From positions 28,858 to 52,857 of the forward strand of contig NZ_QQXL01000004.1 of the NCBI RefSeq assembly GCF_003640665.1: 24,000 bases of DNA, written 5' to 3'. Of this stretch, positions 1 through 8,841 are shown in pieces. The position numbers and the translations under genes were made by a program. Under the pieces are notes generated by a model. It worked only from the letters and a program-made list of their open reading frames with translations. It was not told the origin of the DNA and made no database searches. Numbering within the stretch: the first letter of the stretch is position 1; each line of letters opens with the position of its first letter. The stretch is from Galactobacter caseinivorans. GTDB taxonomy: Bacteria; Actinomycetota; Actinomycetes; Actinomycetales; Micrococcaceae.

Positions 1-210
1 GACGTGCCAGCGCAGGGACGCGGGCGAGTGGCCCTCCGGGAATCGCACCAACGCCACACGGGCGCGCCCGGCCGCCAATTCCTCGAAGGGATCTATCCCC
101 TCGGGCAGCGGCCGGGCGTCCAGGACGGCGTCCGGGTGCGTCTCCACAAAGCGCCTCAGCCACTTTCCCGGCATCACGCCGGGGGCATAGACAAGGTTCA
201 GTTGAGACAC
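1..210 (-). CDS. Partial CDS (N-terminal ~70 codons, continues past window start): LysR-substrate-binding-domain-like protein, apparently without an HTH
   Basis: My own minus-strand translation from GTG at 210 gives VSQLNLVYAPGVMPGKWLRRFVETHPDAVLDARPLPEGIDPFEELAAGRARVALVRFPEGHSPASLRWHV with no stop to position 1. The pattern (L.LxYxPGVxPxKWLRRxxExxPD...L..GRAxVALVRxP) resembles actinobacterial stand-alone LysR substrate-binding domain proteins. It is absent from the ORF track because no stop lies in the window. The start is ambiguous (GTG 210 or ATG 174). The usp stop lies 11 nt upstream, which leaves no room for an HTH domain. Confidence 0.4.
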   Translation of the reverse strand, partial: MSQLNLVYAPGVMPGKWLRRFVETHPDAVLDARPLPEGIDPFEELAAGRARVALVRFPEGHSPASLRWHV

Positions 211-221
211 GGAAGAACGGG

Positions 222-650
222 TCAGCTCACCGTGCGAACGACGTACACATCGCACGGGGCGTTGTGGATCACGCCGGTGGCGACGGAGCCGAGCACGCGG
301 CCCAGGCCGTGCGTGCCCACGTTGCCCACGAAGATGACCTGCGCGGAGCGCTCCTTGGCGGCGCCGATCAGGGCGTCGACCGGCTTGCCGAAGACGGCGC
401 CGGACTCGATCTTGGCGCCGGGGTTGTCCTCGCGCAGGCGCGTGGAGACGCGCTCGGCCAGCTTGCCGGCCTGATCTGCGTCATCCAGGATCCAGGTATC
501 GGAGCCAATGGTGACGACCTCGGTGTTGTCCTTGGAGTGCGCCGAGAGCACGACCAGGGTGTCGCCGGTCTTGGCGGCAAGCCCGGCGGCACGCTGAGCG
601 GCCTTCAGTGCAGTTTCGGAACCGTCGACACCGACGATGTACGTGCTCAT
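222..650 (-). CDS. Universal stress protein (UspA family), 142 aa
   Basis: The ORF-track protein MSTYIVGVDGSETALKAAQRAA...VIFVGNVGTHGLGRVLGSVATGVIHNAPCDVYVV has the typical Usp N-terminal beta-strand and C-terminal G-x2-G-x9-G(S/T) ATP-binding-type motif. The start is ATG, preceded by GGAAGGA. Confidence 0.85.
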   Translation of the reverse strand: MSTYIVGVDGSETALKAAQRAAGLAAKTGDTLVVLSAHSKDNTEVVTIGSDTWILDDADQAGKLAERVSTRLREDNPGAKIESGAVFGKPVDALIGAAKERSAQVIFVGNVGTHGLGRVLGSVATGVIHNAPCDVYVVRTVS

Positions 651-772
651 GGGAGTTCCTTCCGTACGGGTGCTGGCCGTTCCGTGCGGAAGCGGCGTCC
701 TCGTGATCGTAGCCTGAGTAACGCCGTGAGGACACGGGGGGAGAGTGGACTCACTGACAAGTTCCCTGCTGG

Positions 773-820
773 GCGACGCCGCGTGGTCGCGTACGCGGGT
801 CGCGTCGCCCCTGGCGGGGC
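773..820 (-). terminator. GC-rich palindromic region downstream of the GNAT gene (candidate terminator)
   Basis: An imperfect palindrome gcgacgc...cgcgtacgcg...gcgtcgc spans 773-808. It is followed by a cgcccc/ggggcg stem at 805-820, directly after the stop at 837. No clear U-tract. Confidence 0.35.
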
Positions 821-836
821 GGGGGTTCCGGGCGGC

Positions 837-1172
837 TCAGCCGCGGGGGCGAAGGGCGGCGAAGTCCGGGTCGGTGGGCTCGGATGCCTTGGCCTTCACG
901 TCCGGGTGGCGCTCCAGCCATGCATGCACGTACGGGCATACTCCGACCGGAACCAGGCCCTCGGCCAGGGTGGTGTCCAGGGCCGTGCGCACCAGGTCGG
1001 AGGCCAGGCCGCGGCCCGCGTAGGCCTCGTCCACGTCGGTGTGGAAGAAGACGCGGCGGCCGTCGTGATCCACGTACTGGGTCTTGCCGATGGGCTCCGC
1101 GTTGTCCTGGACCTCAAAGCGGCGCCGCTCTGGCTTGGCCACGATGGTGATGGTGTCGTTGTTCTCTGGCAT
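837..1172 (-). CDS. Small GNAT-fold N-acetyltransferase (YjdJ / Acetyltransf_CG-like), 111 aa
   Basis: The track ORF 837..1436 overlaps the pirin gene. The internal ATG at 1172 is preceded by AGGAGA (catcAGGAGAcgaacATG) and lies 35 nt after the pirin stop. The product MPENNDTITIVAKPERRRFEVQDN...FFHTDVDEAYAGRGLASDLVRTALD...CPYVHAWLERHPD matches the short GNAT family pattern (HTEV..x..GQG.A, C-terminal CP.. motif). Confidence 0.7.
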   Translation of the reverse strand: MPENNDTITIVAKPERRRFEVQDNAEPIGKTQYVDHDGRRVFFHTDVDEAYAGRGLASDLVRTALDTTLAEGLVPVGVCPYVHAWLERHPDVKAKASEPTDPDFAALRPRG

Positions 1173-1206
1173 GTTCGTCTCCTGATGCTCCAGCGGTGGG
1201 TGGTTT

Positions 1207-2217
1207 CTAGCTGCGGGGTTTGAGCGGCACTGTCGGCAGCACCGGCGCGGGCAGGGGATCTGGCTGACCGTCCGGGAACGGGCCAAACAGCTGCGACTTG
1301 TCCGCGTCCCGCGGGTCGGCTGGCTCAAAGCCCAGCTCGGCCTGGTAGCGGCGGCGAAACTCCTGGATCTCTTCGCTGGTGCGCCCCACGAAGTTCCACC
1401 ACATGATGATCTGCTCCCCCAGCGGCACGCCGCCAAGGATGATCACGCGCACGCTCTCCTGGCCCGGCGCCAGCGAGGCGGCGCTGATGTGCAGCGTGTC
1501 CGCTCCGGGCGGCGTGTAGGCCAGCTCGCGGTGCTGCGCGGGGGCGCCGTTGACGGTGACGGGCCCATTCTCTGCCAGTACGGCGATCTCAAAGTCGGCG
1601 CGGACGGGGATGCTCACGGAGGCCCCTTCCCGCAGCACCAGCTCAACTCCGAGCAGGTCAGGGGTCCGGGTGCGCACGGGTGAGGTGGAGCCAAGCAGGG
1701 AGCCGATGAAGACCTTGGCCTCGTAGCCGGGACCGCTCACTGGCTCGGGAACGTAGTGGGCAAACTCGTGTTCGCCGAAGCGTTCCGCGTCCGGCAGCGC
1801 GTACCAGAGCTGCACCCCGTGCAGGGTCGTGGTCGCGGGCCGGTCTATCTCCTGGTGGGTGATCCCCTGCCCGGCCAGCATGAGGTTGAGCTCGCCTGGG
1901 CGCACTGTTGCGGCATTCCCGGCGGAGTCAAGATGATCAATCTCCCCTGAAAACAGCCAGGAGACGGTGGCCAGGCCGGTGTGGGGGTGGCGTGGCACCG
2001 ACATGCCTCCGGTGACTGACACGTCGTCGGGCCCATAGTGGTCCAAGAAGCACCAGGCACCCACTAGGGAACGTGCCCGCTGGGGAAGGGTGCGGTGCAC
2101 CGTCATGGCCCTAATGCCGCCCAGCGGTACCGCGCGCGGGGTCAGGACCTCCACGGCGGTGCACGGCTGGCCGGCAGGCAACTGGCTGAGCTGGGGCTCA
2201 GGATCGAGATTGCTCAC
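1207..2217 (-). CDS. Pirin family protein (bicupin, quercetinase-like), 336 aa
   Basis: The protein contains the pirin N-terminal cupin metal-binding signature (PRHPHTGLATVSWLFSGEIDHLDSAGN...GQGITHQE). The start is GTG, preceded by GGGAAGGA at a 6-nt spacing. Confidence 0.9.
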   Translation of the reverse strand: MSNLDPEPQLSQLPAGQPCTAVEVLTPRAVPLGGIRAMTVHRTLPQRARSLVGAWCFLDHYGPDDVSVTGGMSVPRHPHTGLATVSWLFSGEIDHLDSAGNAATVRPGELNLMLAGQGITHQEIDRPATTTLHGVQLWYALPDAERFGEHEFAHYVPEPVSGPGYEAKVFIGSLLGSTSPVRTRTPDLLGVELVLREGASVSIPVRADFEIAVLAENGPVTVNGAPAQHRELAYTPPGADTLHISAASLAPGQESVRVIILGGVPLGEQIIMWWNFVGRTSEEIQEFRRRYQAELGFEPADPRDADKSQLFGPFPDGQPDPLPAPVLPTVPLKPRS

Positions 2218-2686
2218 GAATAATCCTTCCCTCTGCGTCGCGCGGGCGCACGGGGTGCTCGCTCAAGATGGAGATGCGGTTAAAGGTATTGATGGCCACT
2301 GCCACCCATTCCGCGGCGGCAAAGGCCGCGTCGCCCAGCTCCGCGCGGGCCCCCTCCAGGTCCGCGGCGGAGTTCTCATCCAGCGGGAGACGGGTGGCGG
2401 CCTCCACCACGCCGAGCACCGCTCGCTCGCGCTCCGTGAAGAGTGTGGCCTCGCGCCAGGCCGCCAACAGGTCAAGTTTTTGCTGGGGTACGCCGGCTAC
2501 GCGCGCCTCACGCGCGTGCATGTCCAGGCAGAAGACGCAGCCGTTCTGCTGGCTGGCGCGCACCTTCATGAGCTCCGTCTCCACCGGCGTCAGCCCCCGC
2601 TCAAGCGCCGAGGACGTGATGACCTGATGCAGGGCCTGGGCGGCCTTCCATGCTTCGGGTTCTGCTTTGTCTAGGTAGGGGCGCAC
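2198..2686 (-). CDS. Carboxymuconolactone decarboxylase / AhpD-like peroxidase family protein
   Basis: The CMD-family core with a CxxC-type motif (NGCVFCLDMH) is present. The track start (GTG 2704) has no SD. GTG at 2686 is preceded by GAGGAGA at a 9-nt spacing and gives M/VRPYLDKAEPEAW..., so I prefer 2686. The 3' end overlaps the pirin start by 20 nt. Confidence 0.8.
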   Translation of the reverse strand: MRPYLDKAEPEAWKAAQALHQVITSSALERGLTPVETELMKVRASQQNGCVFCLDMHAREARVAGVPQQKLDLLAAWREATLFTERERAVLGVVEAATRLPLDENSAADLEGARAELGDAAFAAAEWVAVAINTFNRISILSEHPVRPRDAEGRIIREQSRS

Positions 2687-2901
2687 TGCGGGGCTTCTCC
2701 TCACGATGGATGTGTTCCGTTCAACATCCTCACATCACAGCGCATTCCCCGCTAGAGCGCGGCGTCCCCCGCGGCTCCCGGCTCCGCCCACACTGCCGCC
2801 GACCCGCGCCCTGGTAGTTCCCGGCAAGTTCCCAGCCCACGGGCGGGTACGCGCGGCGTGCCCGTAAGGTTTCCGATTGCCGCCCGCGCGAGTATTGATG
2901 C

Positions 2902-4914
2902 ATGCCAGCCAGCGATCCCCCCTCCCCCGCGCCACACGTCTCGGCCGGCGGACGCGACGACGCCCCGGCTGGCACCCCCTCTGACGCCCCGGCTGGCCCT
3001 CCGCCTCGCGAGCCTTCCGCCGCCGCGCCCCACCGCCGCATTCTGGCGCTGGATGGGCTCCGCGGCCTCGCCGTGCTTGCCGTCGTGGCCTTCCATGCCT
3101 GGCCCGGCATTTTTCCGGGCGGCTTTGTGGGCGTGGACCTCTTCTTTGTGCTCTCCGGCTACCTGATCACGGCGGGTCTGGTCCGCCGTCTGGACGCCGG
3201 GAAGGGTCCGGGGCTGCGCTCTTTTTGGGTCAAGCGTGCCCGACGCCTGTGGCCGGCTCTCGCAGTCCTGCTGGTGATCGCGACGGCGCTGTCTTGGCTT
3301 GCCTTCCCGGATGCGTCCGCTGGCCTGCGGCGTCAGTGGCTCGGCGCGTTGACGTACACGGGCAACTGGCTGCAGATCGCCGCCGGGCAGAGTTACTTTG
3401 AGCAAAGCGCTCCCCCGCTCTTTGAGCACCTGTGGTCCCTTGCGGTGGAGGAGCAGTTCTACCTGCTCTGGCCGTTGCTGTTGTGGGGGTTGTGCTGGCT
3501 CATCCGCCCGGGGCGGTGGGGCCTGACCCGGCCCAGCGTGATCCTGTGGCGCACCCGGGCGGCGCTGGCCCTTGCCGCGGCGAGCGCGCTGGGTATGGCG
3601 CTCGGTTTCCGCGATGGCGAGGATCCCAGCCGGCTCTACTTCGGCACGGATACCCATTCCTTTGGGCTGCTGCTGGGAGCGGCGGTGGCGCTGCTGTTGG
3701 CTGGGCGAGCCGCGGCCAGCCCGGCGCACTCGGCGCACCCGGGGTACTCGGCCAACCCAGCACACCAGGCCAACCCGGCGCACCCGACTACCGCGTCGCT
3801 CTCGAGCCCCGCAGGGCGCTGGGCCATGGCGGCGTGGGCGGGCCTGGCAATGCTCGCCGCCGCGTTGTTCTGGCTCCCGGCAGACTCCGCGCTGACGTAT
3901 CGCGGTGGCTTGGTGGGACTCTGCGTGGTGCTGGCTGGCCTGGTGCTGCACTTGGTCACCCGGCACAACGCCCTGAGCTCCGCTCTCTCCGCCCGCTGGT
4001 TGCGGTGGTGCGGGCGCCGCTCGTACGCCGCGTATCTGTGGCACTGGCCGCTGCTGGTGATCGGCCGTCGCGTGAGCCCAGATGCCTTGGATCCGCTGGT
4101 CATTGTCCTCGCCGTGGCCCTGACGTTTGTGCTGGCGGAGCTCAGCGGGCGTTGGGTGGAGGATCCCATCATGCGCCACGGCTTCAAGGCCACCACCCGG
4201 GCGTGGGCGCGCGGTGTTCGCGGCGCCCTGTCAGCGGGCGGTGCGCGGCGCAATGTGGCGGTTGCCTGGCTCGCCGCCGCGACGGTCGTGGTGCTCGCCG
4301 CAGCCGTAGCGATTGTGGCTGCCCCCTCCGTCAGCGCCTTGCAGACCCAGTTGGACCAGGCACGCAGCGCCTTGCAGGCCCAGGAGCAGGAGCAGGCCAA
4401 GCAGGGCGCAGCCAAGCCTGGGTCCAAGGCCAAGATCGGCACCCGCATCGACGTGATCGGGGACTCCGTCACGCTTGCCGCCGCCCCGAGCCTGCTCAAG
4501 TCCATGCCCGGCATCAACGTGAAGGCGGACGTGGGCCGGCAGGCCAAGGACGCGCCGGAGCTGCTTGGCACCCTTCACAAGTCCGGAAACCTGCGCCCCA
4601 TCGTGGTCGTCAGCCTGGGCACCAACGGAAAGCCCCGCCAGGAGGTCTGGGACGAGGTGCTGCGGGCCGTGGGGCCGCAGCGCACGTTGGTCCTCGTCAC
4701 TCCCTCCGGGGACAGGGACTGGATACCGGAGGTCACTGAGTCCATGCGCCGCCTGGCCAGGGACAATCCGGATCGGGTCAAGCTGGCGGACTGGAACGCG
4801 GCCCGCGACCAGGTCACGGACTTTGCCTCGGACGGGATCCACCCTGGCCCGCAGGGTGCCGCCCTCTACTCCTCCCTCATTAAACGGGCCGCCAAGGACG
4901 CGGACGCCGGTTAG
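2902..4914 (+). CDS. Acyltransferase-3 (OafA/YrhL) membrane domain fused to a C-terminal SGNH/GDSL hydrolase domain: OatA-like O-acetyltransferase, 670 aa
   Basis: The N-terminal AT3 signature LDGLRGLAVLAVVAFH is followed by multiple TM helices. The C-terminal SGNH blocks are present: VIGDSVT (block I), SLGTNG (block II/III) and DGIHP (block V). A ~45-aa Pro/Ala-rich N-terminal extension precedes them. ATG 2902 is the only canonical in-frame start. Confidence 0.85.
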   Translation: MPASDPPSPAPHVSAGGRDDAPAGTPSDAPAGPPPREPSAAAPHRRILALDGLRGLAVLAVVAFHAWPGIFPGGFVGVDLFFVLSGYLITAGLVRRLDAGKGPGLRSFWVKRARRLWPALAVLLVIATALSWLAFPDASAGLRRQWLGALTYTGNWLQIAAGQSYFEQSAPPLFEHLWSLAVEEQFYLLWPLLLWGLCWLIRPGRWGLTRPSVILWRTRAALALAAASALGMALGFRDGEDPSRLYFGTDTHSFGLLLGAAVALLLAGRAAASPAHSAHPGYSANPAHQANPAHPTTASLSSPAGRWAMAAWAGLAMLAAALFWLPADSALTYRGGLVGLCVVLAGLVLHLVTRHNALSSALSARWLRWCGRRSYAAYLWHWPLLVIGRRVSPDALDPLVIVLAVALTFVLAELSGRWVEDPIMRHGFKATTRAWARGVRGALSAGGARRNVAVAWLAAATVVVLAAAVAIVAAPSVSALQTQLDQARSALQAQEQEQAKQGAAKPGSKAKIGTRIDVIGDSVTLAAAPSLLKSMPGINVKADVGRQAKDAPELLGTLHKSGNLRPIVVVSLGTNGKPRQEVWDEVLRAVGPQRTLVLVTPSGDRDWIPEVTESMRRLARDNPDRVKLADWNAARDQVTDFASDGIHPGPQGAALYSSLIKRAAKDADAG

Positions 4915-4948
4915 CATCGCGCCCCCGCCGGGAGTTGCTGCAACACAA

Positions 4949-4990
4949 ACGGAAGGGCCCGACGGCGTTGCGGCCGTCGGGCCCTTCCGT
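4949..4990. terminator. Bidirectional stem-loop between convergent genes
   Basis: A perfect 18-bp stem acggaagggcccgacggc / gccgtcgggcccttccgt with loop gttgcg. It lies between the acyltransferase stop (4914) and the MFS stop (5042). Confidence 0.7.
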
Positions 4991-5041
4991 TCAGTTCTTG
5001 CGACCGGGCGTTCAGATCGGGTGCCCGGTCGCGTCAGCGCG

Positions 5042-6760
5042 TCAGCGCGATTCCGGGCCCTCGGGCTCGCGTTCGGCTGCAGCGCCGGGTGACCCGGCGA
5101 CGTCGGGCAGGCTGTCCTCAGGCAGAGGGGCGGCCGCGCCGGAACCCTCCAGGTCGGACTTGCCCGGCTGACCCCCAGCGGGGGCGCCAGCCATCGCGTA
5201 CTCCTCCGCGAAGATTTCCTCCAGCACAATGTCCGGATTCTCATCCTGCGTGCGCACCAACTCCACTGCCTCCTCGGGTGAGGCGACCGCCGGCATGGAG
5301 CCGGGCAGCGGCTTGCGAGCGGACTCGCGCAGGAAGTAGATCGCCACGGCGCCGGCCACGGACGTTCCCATGACCCAGAAGCCCGGGGCAAGGGAGGAGC
5401 CGGTCATGGCGACCAGGGCCTCCATGATGAACGGGGCAAAGCCACCGAAGATGGCGACGGCGAGGTTGTAGGAGATGCCCATGCCGCCGTAGCGCGAGGA
5501 CGTGGGGAACAGGGCCGGCAGGGAGGAGGCCAGGTTGGCCACGTAGAAGGTCACCGGGAAGGCCAGCATGAACAGGCCAACCAGCGTGGACCAGATCTCG
5601 CCGTGCATCATGAACAAGAACGCGGGCAACGCCAAGACAATGGCGCTACCGGCACCCACCGCGAGCACCTTCTTGCGGCCCACGCGGTCAGAGAGCGCGC
5701 CGGTGAGCGGGATGCAGGCGGACATGATCAGCAGGACGGGCAGCGTGAGCAGGTTGCCGTGCACGGGGTCGTAATGCAGGGTGTTGCTCAGGTAGGTCGG
5801 CATGTAGCTCGTCAGGGCGTAACCGGCGGTGTTGGCCGCGGAGACCAGCACAAAGGCGGTCAGCAGCTCGCGCCAGTACGCCTTCACCAGGGCAATGACG
5901 CCCTTGGGGGCGTCCGCCTGAGCGGCCTCCCCGGCCTCGGCACGCTTCTCCTGCGCCTCGCGGAAGGCGGGGGTGTCCTCGATCTTGCTGCGGATGTAGA
6001 GGGCAATCGCGCCCAGCGGCAGGGCCACCAGGAAGGGGATGCGCCAGCCGAAGCCCTCCATAACGTCCTCGCTCAGCGTCAGCTGCAGCACGGAGACGAA
6101 GGCCGCACCGAGGGCAAAGCCAAGGTAGGAGCCCATGTCAAGCAGCGAGGCGTAGAAGCCGCGGCGCTTATCCGGGGCGTATTCGGTCACAAAGGTGGTG
6201 GCGCCTGCGTACTCGCCTCCGGTGGAGAAGCCCTGGATGAGCTTCAGGACCACCAGCAGGATCGGTGCGGCAACGCCCCACACGGAGTAATCCGGCAGGA
6301 TGCCGATGCCGAAGGTGGCCAGGGCCATCATGAGCAGCGTGAAGACCAGGATCTTCTGTCGTCCCACCCGGTCACCCAGCTGGCCAAGGATGATGCCACC
6401 CAGCGGGCGGGCCACGAAGGTCACAGCAAAGACGCCAAGGGAGAACAGGGTCTGGGCGGTGGAGCTCACCGTGTCCGGCATGAAGATCTTGCCGATGATG
6501 ACGGCCAGGTAGCCGTACACACCCACGTCGTACCACTCCATGAGGTTGCCCACCACGGTGCCGCTGATCGCCTTCTTGAGCATCCCTCGGTCGACGACGG
6601 TGACGTCCTCTACCTTCAGGCGGCGCCTTCGCGGTCGCAGACGGTCAATAAAACGCCGACGCGCCTGCTGGGCGGCCGGGTGAAGATCGTCGCGTTTGCC
6701 GTCAGGCGTGCTGAGATTCTGTTCTTTGGGTTCCATGGGTGGAGCCGGAGAGTCCGGCAC
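5042..6760 (-). CDS. MFS transporter, metabolite:H+ symporter (ProP-like proline/betaine or related) with an acidic C-terminal tail, ~565-572 aa
   Basis: The MHS-family N-terminal signature GNLMEWYDVGVYGYLAVIIGKIF and GGIILGQLGDRVGRQK is present, with 12 predicted TM segments. The start is uncertain: GTG 6760 has AAGGA immediately adjacent, and ATG 6736 is the alternative. Confidence 0.85.
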   Translation of the reverse strand: MPDSPAPPMEPKEQNLSTPDGKRDDLHPAAQQARRRFIDRLRPRRRRLKVEDVTVVDRGMLKKAISGTVVGNLMEWYDVGVYGYLAVIIGKIFMPDTVSSTAQTLFSLGVFAVTFVARPLGGIILGQLGDRVGRQKILVFTLLMMALATFGIGILPDYSVWGVAAPILLVVLKLIQGFSTGGEYAGATTFVTEYAPDKRRGFYASLLDMGSYLGFALGAAFVSVLQLTLSEDVMEGFGWRIPFLVALPLGAIALYIRSKIEDTPAFREAQEKRAEAGEAAQADAPKGVIALVKAYWRELLTAFVLVSAANTAGYALTSYMPTYLSNTLHYDPVHGNLLTLPVLLIMSACIPLTGALSDRVGRKKVLAVGAGSAIVLALPAFLFMMHGEIWSTLVGLFMLAFPVTFYVANLASSLPALFPTSSRYGGMGISYNLAVAIFGGFAPFIMEALVAMTGSSLAPGFWVMGTSVAGAVAIYFLRESARKPLPGSMPAVASPEEAVELVRTQDENPDIVLEEIFAEEYAMAGAPAGGQPGKSDLEGSGAAAPLPEDSLPDVAGSPGAAAEREPEGPESR

Positions 6761-7139
6761 TCCTTTACGTCTCTACTACGGAGGATCCCCCAAGGACCGC
6801 TCGCGTAGCCGCGATTTTCGCGTGGTCGCCCGCACTTACCCGCGTCTTGCGGAGCCACCCCGAGCGTCTGTCGGTGGTGGTTGGGGACCGGGCGCCAGGG
6901 GAATCCGGATCGGACTCGCCTCGGCCAGCGCCAGCAACGGGGATCGAGCTTAGTCAATTCGACATATATGGTCCAATCGCGAGCCTCCCGAGTAACCTCG
7001 GCGGGGCGCGATGGGCCAAGCAAACCCAGACTATGACGCAACCTTTGCGTATCGATGTGATGTGAGCCACACACACTGACGTACGCTGTTTCTCAACATC
7101 ACTACATCATCACTTCTAATGACGCGAAGGAGTACAGCC

Positions 7140-8624
7140 ATGAGTGTCATGCGACGCAAAAGTGTCGAAGCAGCCCTGGCCTCCACAGAGGACGAGGAAC
7201 GCAATCTCAAGAGAACCCTGACTGCCTGGGACCTGGCCCTCATGGGCGTGGCCGTGGCCGTTGGCGCGGGCATCTTCTCGGTGGGCGCTAAGGCAGCCGC
7301 CACCAAGGCCGGCCCCGCCGTCATCATCTCGTTCATCATCGCCGCGATCGTCTGCGGCCTGGCGATCATGTGTTACGCCGAGTTCGCCGCGACCATCCCC
7401 GTGGCCGGCTCCGCGTACACCTTCAGCTACACCTCGATGGGCGAGATGGTTGCCTGGATTATTGGCTGGGACCTCATCCTGGAAATGATGCTCGCCGCGG
7501 CCGTGATCGCCAGCTACTGGGGAGTGTATCTAGCCGTCGTTTTCGACGTCTTTAACCTGCAGATCAGCACCACCATTCTGGGTAAGTTTGATGGTCTGCA
7601 CTTCGACTGGGCTCCGCTCTTTATCGTCGCCGCCTTCACGGCGCTACTGGTGGCCGGCACCAAGATGTCCGCACGCGTGGGCAACGTCTTCACGCTGATC
7701 AAGCTGGGCATCACGCTCTTTGTGATCGTGGCCGGCTTCTTCTACATCAAGGCAGAGAACTACAGCCCGTTCATCCCGCCGGCAGAGGCCGCGGAGAGCA
7801 CCTCAGTCCTGCACACCACGCTTTTTGCCTTCCTGACCGGACAGGCCCCCACCATGTACGGCGTCTTTGGCGTGCTGGGTGGCGCGGCACTGGTCTTCTT
7901 CGCCTTCATCGGCTTCGACGTTGTCGCGACCACGGCAGAGGAAACCAAGGACCCGCAGAAGACCCTCCCCAAGGGCATTCTCTCCGGCCTGGTGATCGTC
8001 TCCGTGCTGTACATCCTGGTGACGCTCGTCGTGACCGGCATGGTCTCTTACAAGGACTTGGCGGCACAAGAGCAACCCTCGCTCGCCACCGCGTTCCAGT
8101 TGGTCGGTGCTGAATGGGCCGCTGCCGCCATCTCCATCGGCATTCTGGTTGGCCTGACCACGGTCATCCTGGTGCTGCTCATGGGCGCCACGCGCATCAT
8201 CTTTGCGCTGTCTCGCGATGGGCTGCTGCCGCGCTGGTTCTCAGTCACAAACGCCAAGACCAAGACGCCGGCCCGCTTGCAGATCATCGTCGGCGTTGTC
8301 GTGGCCCTGATCGCGGCCATCATCCCCGTGGGTGTGCTGGAAGAGATGATCAACATCGGCACGCTGTCCGCGTTTGTCCTGGTCTCCTTCGGCATCCCGG
8401 TGCTGCGCAAGCGTCGCCCCGACCTGCCGCGTACCTTCAAGGTGCCGTGGAACCCCGTGCTTCCCATCTTCTCCGGCATCGTGTGCCTCTGGCTCATGAT
8501 GAACCTGAGCGTGGAGACGTGGATGCGTTTCGCGCTCTGGCTTGTCCTTGGCTTCATCATCTACTTCGCCTACGGCTACCGCCACTCCCGCCTGCGCACG
8601 CACCCCGAGGAAATCGGCAAGTAG
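7140..8624 (+). CDS. APC-superfamily amino-acid permease (cationic amino-acid transporter-like), ~494 aa
   Basis: The protein LTAWDLALMGVAVAVGAGIFSVG...YAEFAATIPVAGSAYTFSY is typical of the APC/CAT family and has ~13-14 TM helices. ATG 7140 is preceded by GAAGGAG at a 7-nt spacing. The track start ATG 7119 lies upstream of that SD. Confidence 0.9.
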   Translation: MSVMRRKSVEAALASTEDEERNLKRTLTAWDLALMGVAVAVGAGIFSVGAKAAATKAGPAVIISFIIAAIVCGLAIMCYAEFAATIPVAGSAYTFSYTSMGEMVAWIIGWDLILEMMLAAAVIASYWGVYLAVVFDVFNLQISTTILGKFDGLHFDWAPLFIVAAFTALLVAGTKMSARVGNVFTLIKLGITLFVIVAGFFYIKAENYSPFIPPAEAAESTSVLHTTLFAFLTGQAPTMYGVFGVLGGAALVFFAFIGFDVVATTAEETKDPQKTLPKGILSGLVIVSVLYILVTLVVTGMVSYKDLAAQEQPSLATAFQLVGAEWAAAAISIGILVGLTTVILVLLMGATRIIFALSRDGLLPRWFSVTNAKTKTPARLQIIVGVVVALIAAIIPVGVLEEMINIGTLSAFVLVSFGIPVLRKRRPDLPRTFKVPWNPVLPIFSGIVCLWLMMNLSVETWMRFALWLVLGFIIYFAYGYRHSRLRTHPEEIGK

Positions 8625-8653
8625 CTTTCGCGTTACTCAGCAGGCCGTTCAGA

Positions 8654-8684
8654 CGCTGCGCCGGGGCATTGCCCCGGCGCAGCG
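8654..8684 (+). terminator. Stem-loop terminator after the permease gene
   Basis: A perfect 14-bp stem cgctgcgccggggc / gccccggcgcagcg with a 3-nt loop (att), 30 nt after the stop at 8624. Confidence 0.65.
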
Positions 8685-8757
8685 CTGTGTCTACGGGGCC
8701 TTAGCTCACCGGCCGGGAGCGCCGCACGGGAGGCGTGACGCGGCACAGCGAACCGCG

Positions 8758-8841
8758 GCACAGCCAAGGGCGCACAGCCAAGGGCGCACAGCCAAGGGCG
8801 CACAGCCAAGGGCGCACAGCCAAGGGTGCACAGCCAAGGGC
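8758..8841. repeat. Tandem repeat: six head-to-tail copies of the 14-bp unit gcacagccaagggc
   Basis: Units start at 8758, 8772, 8786, 8800, 8814 and 8828. Five are identical and the fifth ends in t instead of c. The array is flanked by degenerate copies: gcacagcgaaccgcg (8743-8757) and the hairpin arm gcacagcgaaaggggg... (from 8842). The region is intergenic. The unit is not a multiple of 3, so the track ORFs across it are artefacts. Confidence 0.95.

Noticed and set aside
4-474. A 156-aa plus-strand ORF at the window start.
   Set aside because: It is antisense to the Usp gene and to the LysR-SBD-like partial gene, both of which have recognisable family patterns. Its translation is Arg/Pro/Gly-rich with no motif.
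2752-4179. A 475-aa minus-strand ORF antisense to the acyltransferase gene. Similar long antisense or out-of-frame ORFs include 3432..4739(+), 3636..4571(-), 4231..5391(-), 5603..6808(+), 10758..11795(+), 17142..18191(-), 18164..19666(-), 20986..21897(-), 21985..22695(-) and 22723..23547(-).
   Set aside because: All lie entirely within or opposite well-supported genes with clear family motifs. Their translations are Arg/Gly/Pro/Ala/His-rich low-complexity strings typical of stop-codon-poor alternative frames in very GC-rich DNA. None shows a recognisable motif or a plausible SD and start.
7033-7065. A 10-codon upstream ORF (MTQPLRIDVM) in the permease leader, considered as a possible leader peptide.
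   Set aside because: It has no SD. It lacks the runs of a regulatory amino acid expected for attenuation, and there is no terminator/antiterminator arrangement downstream.
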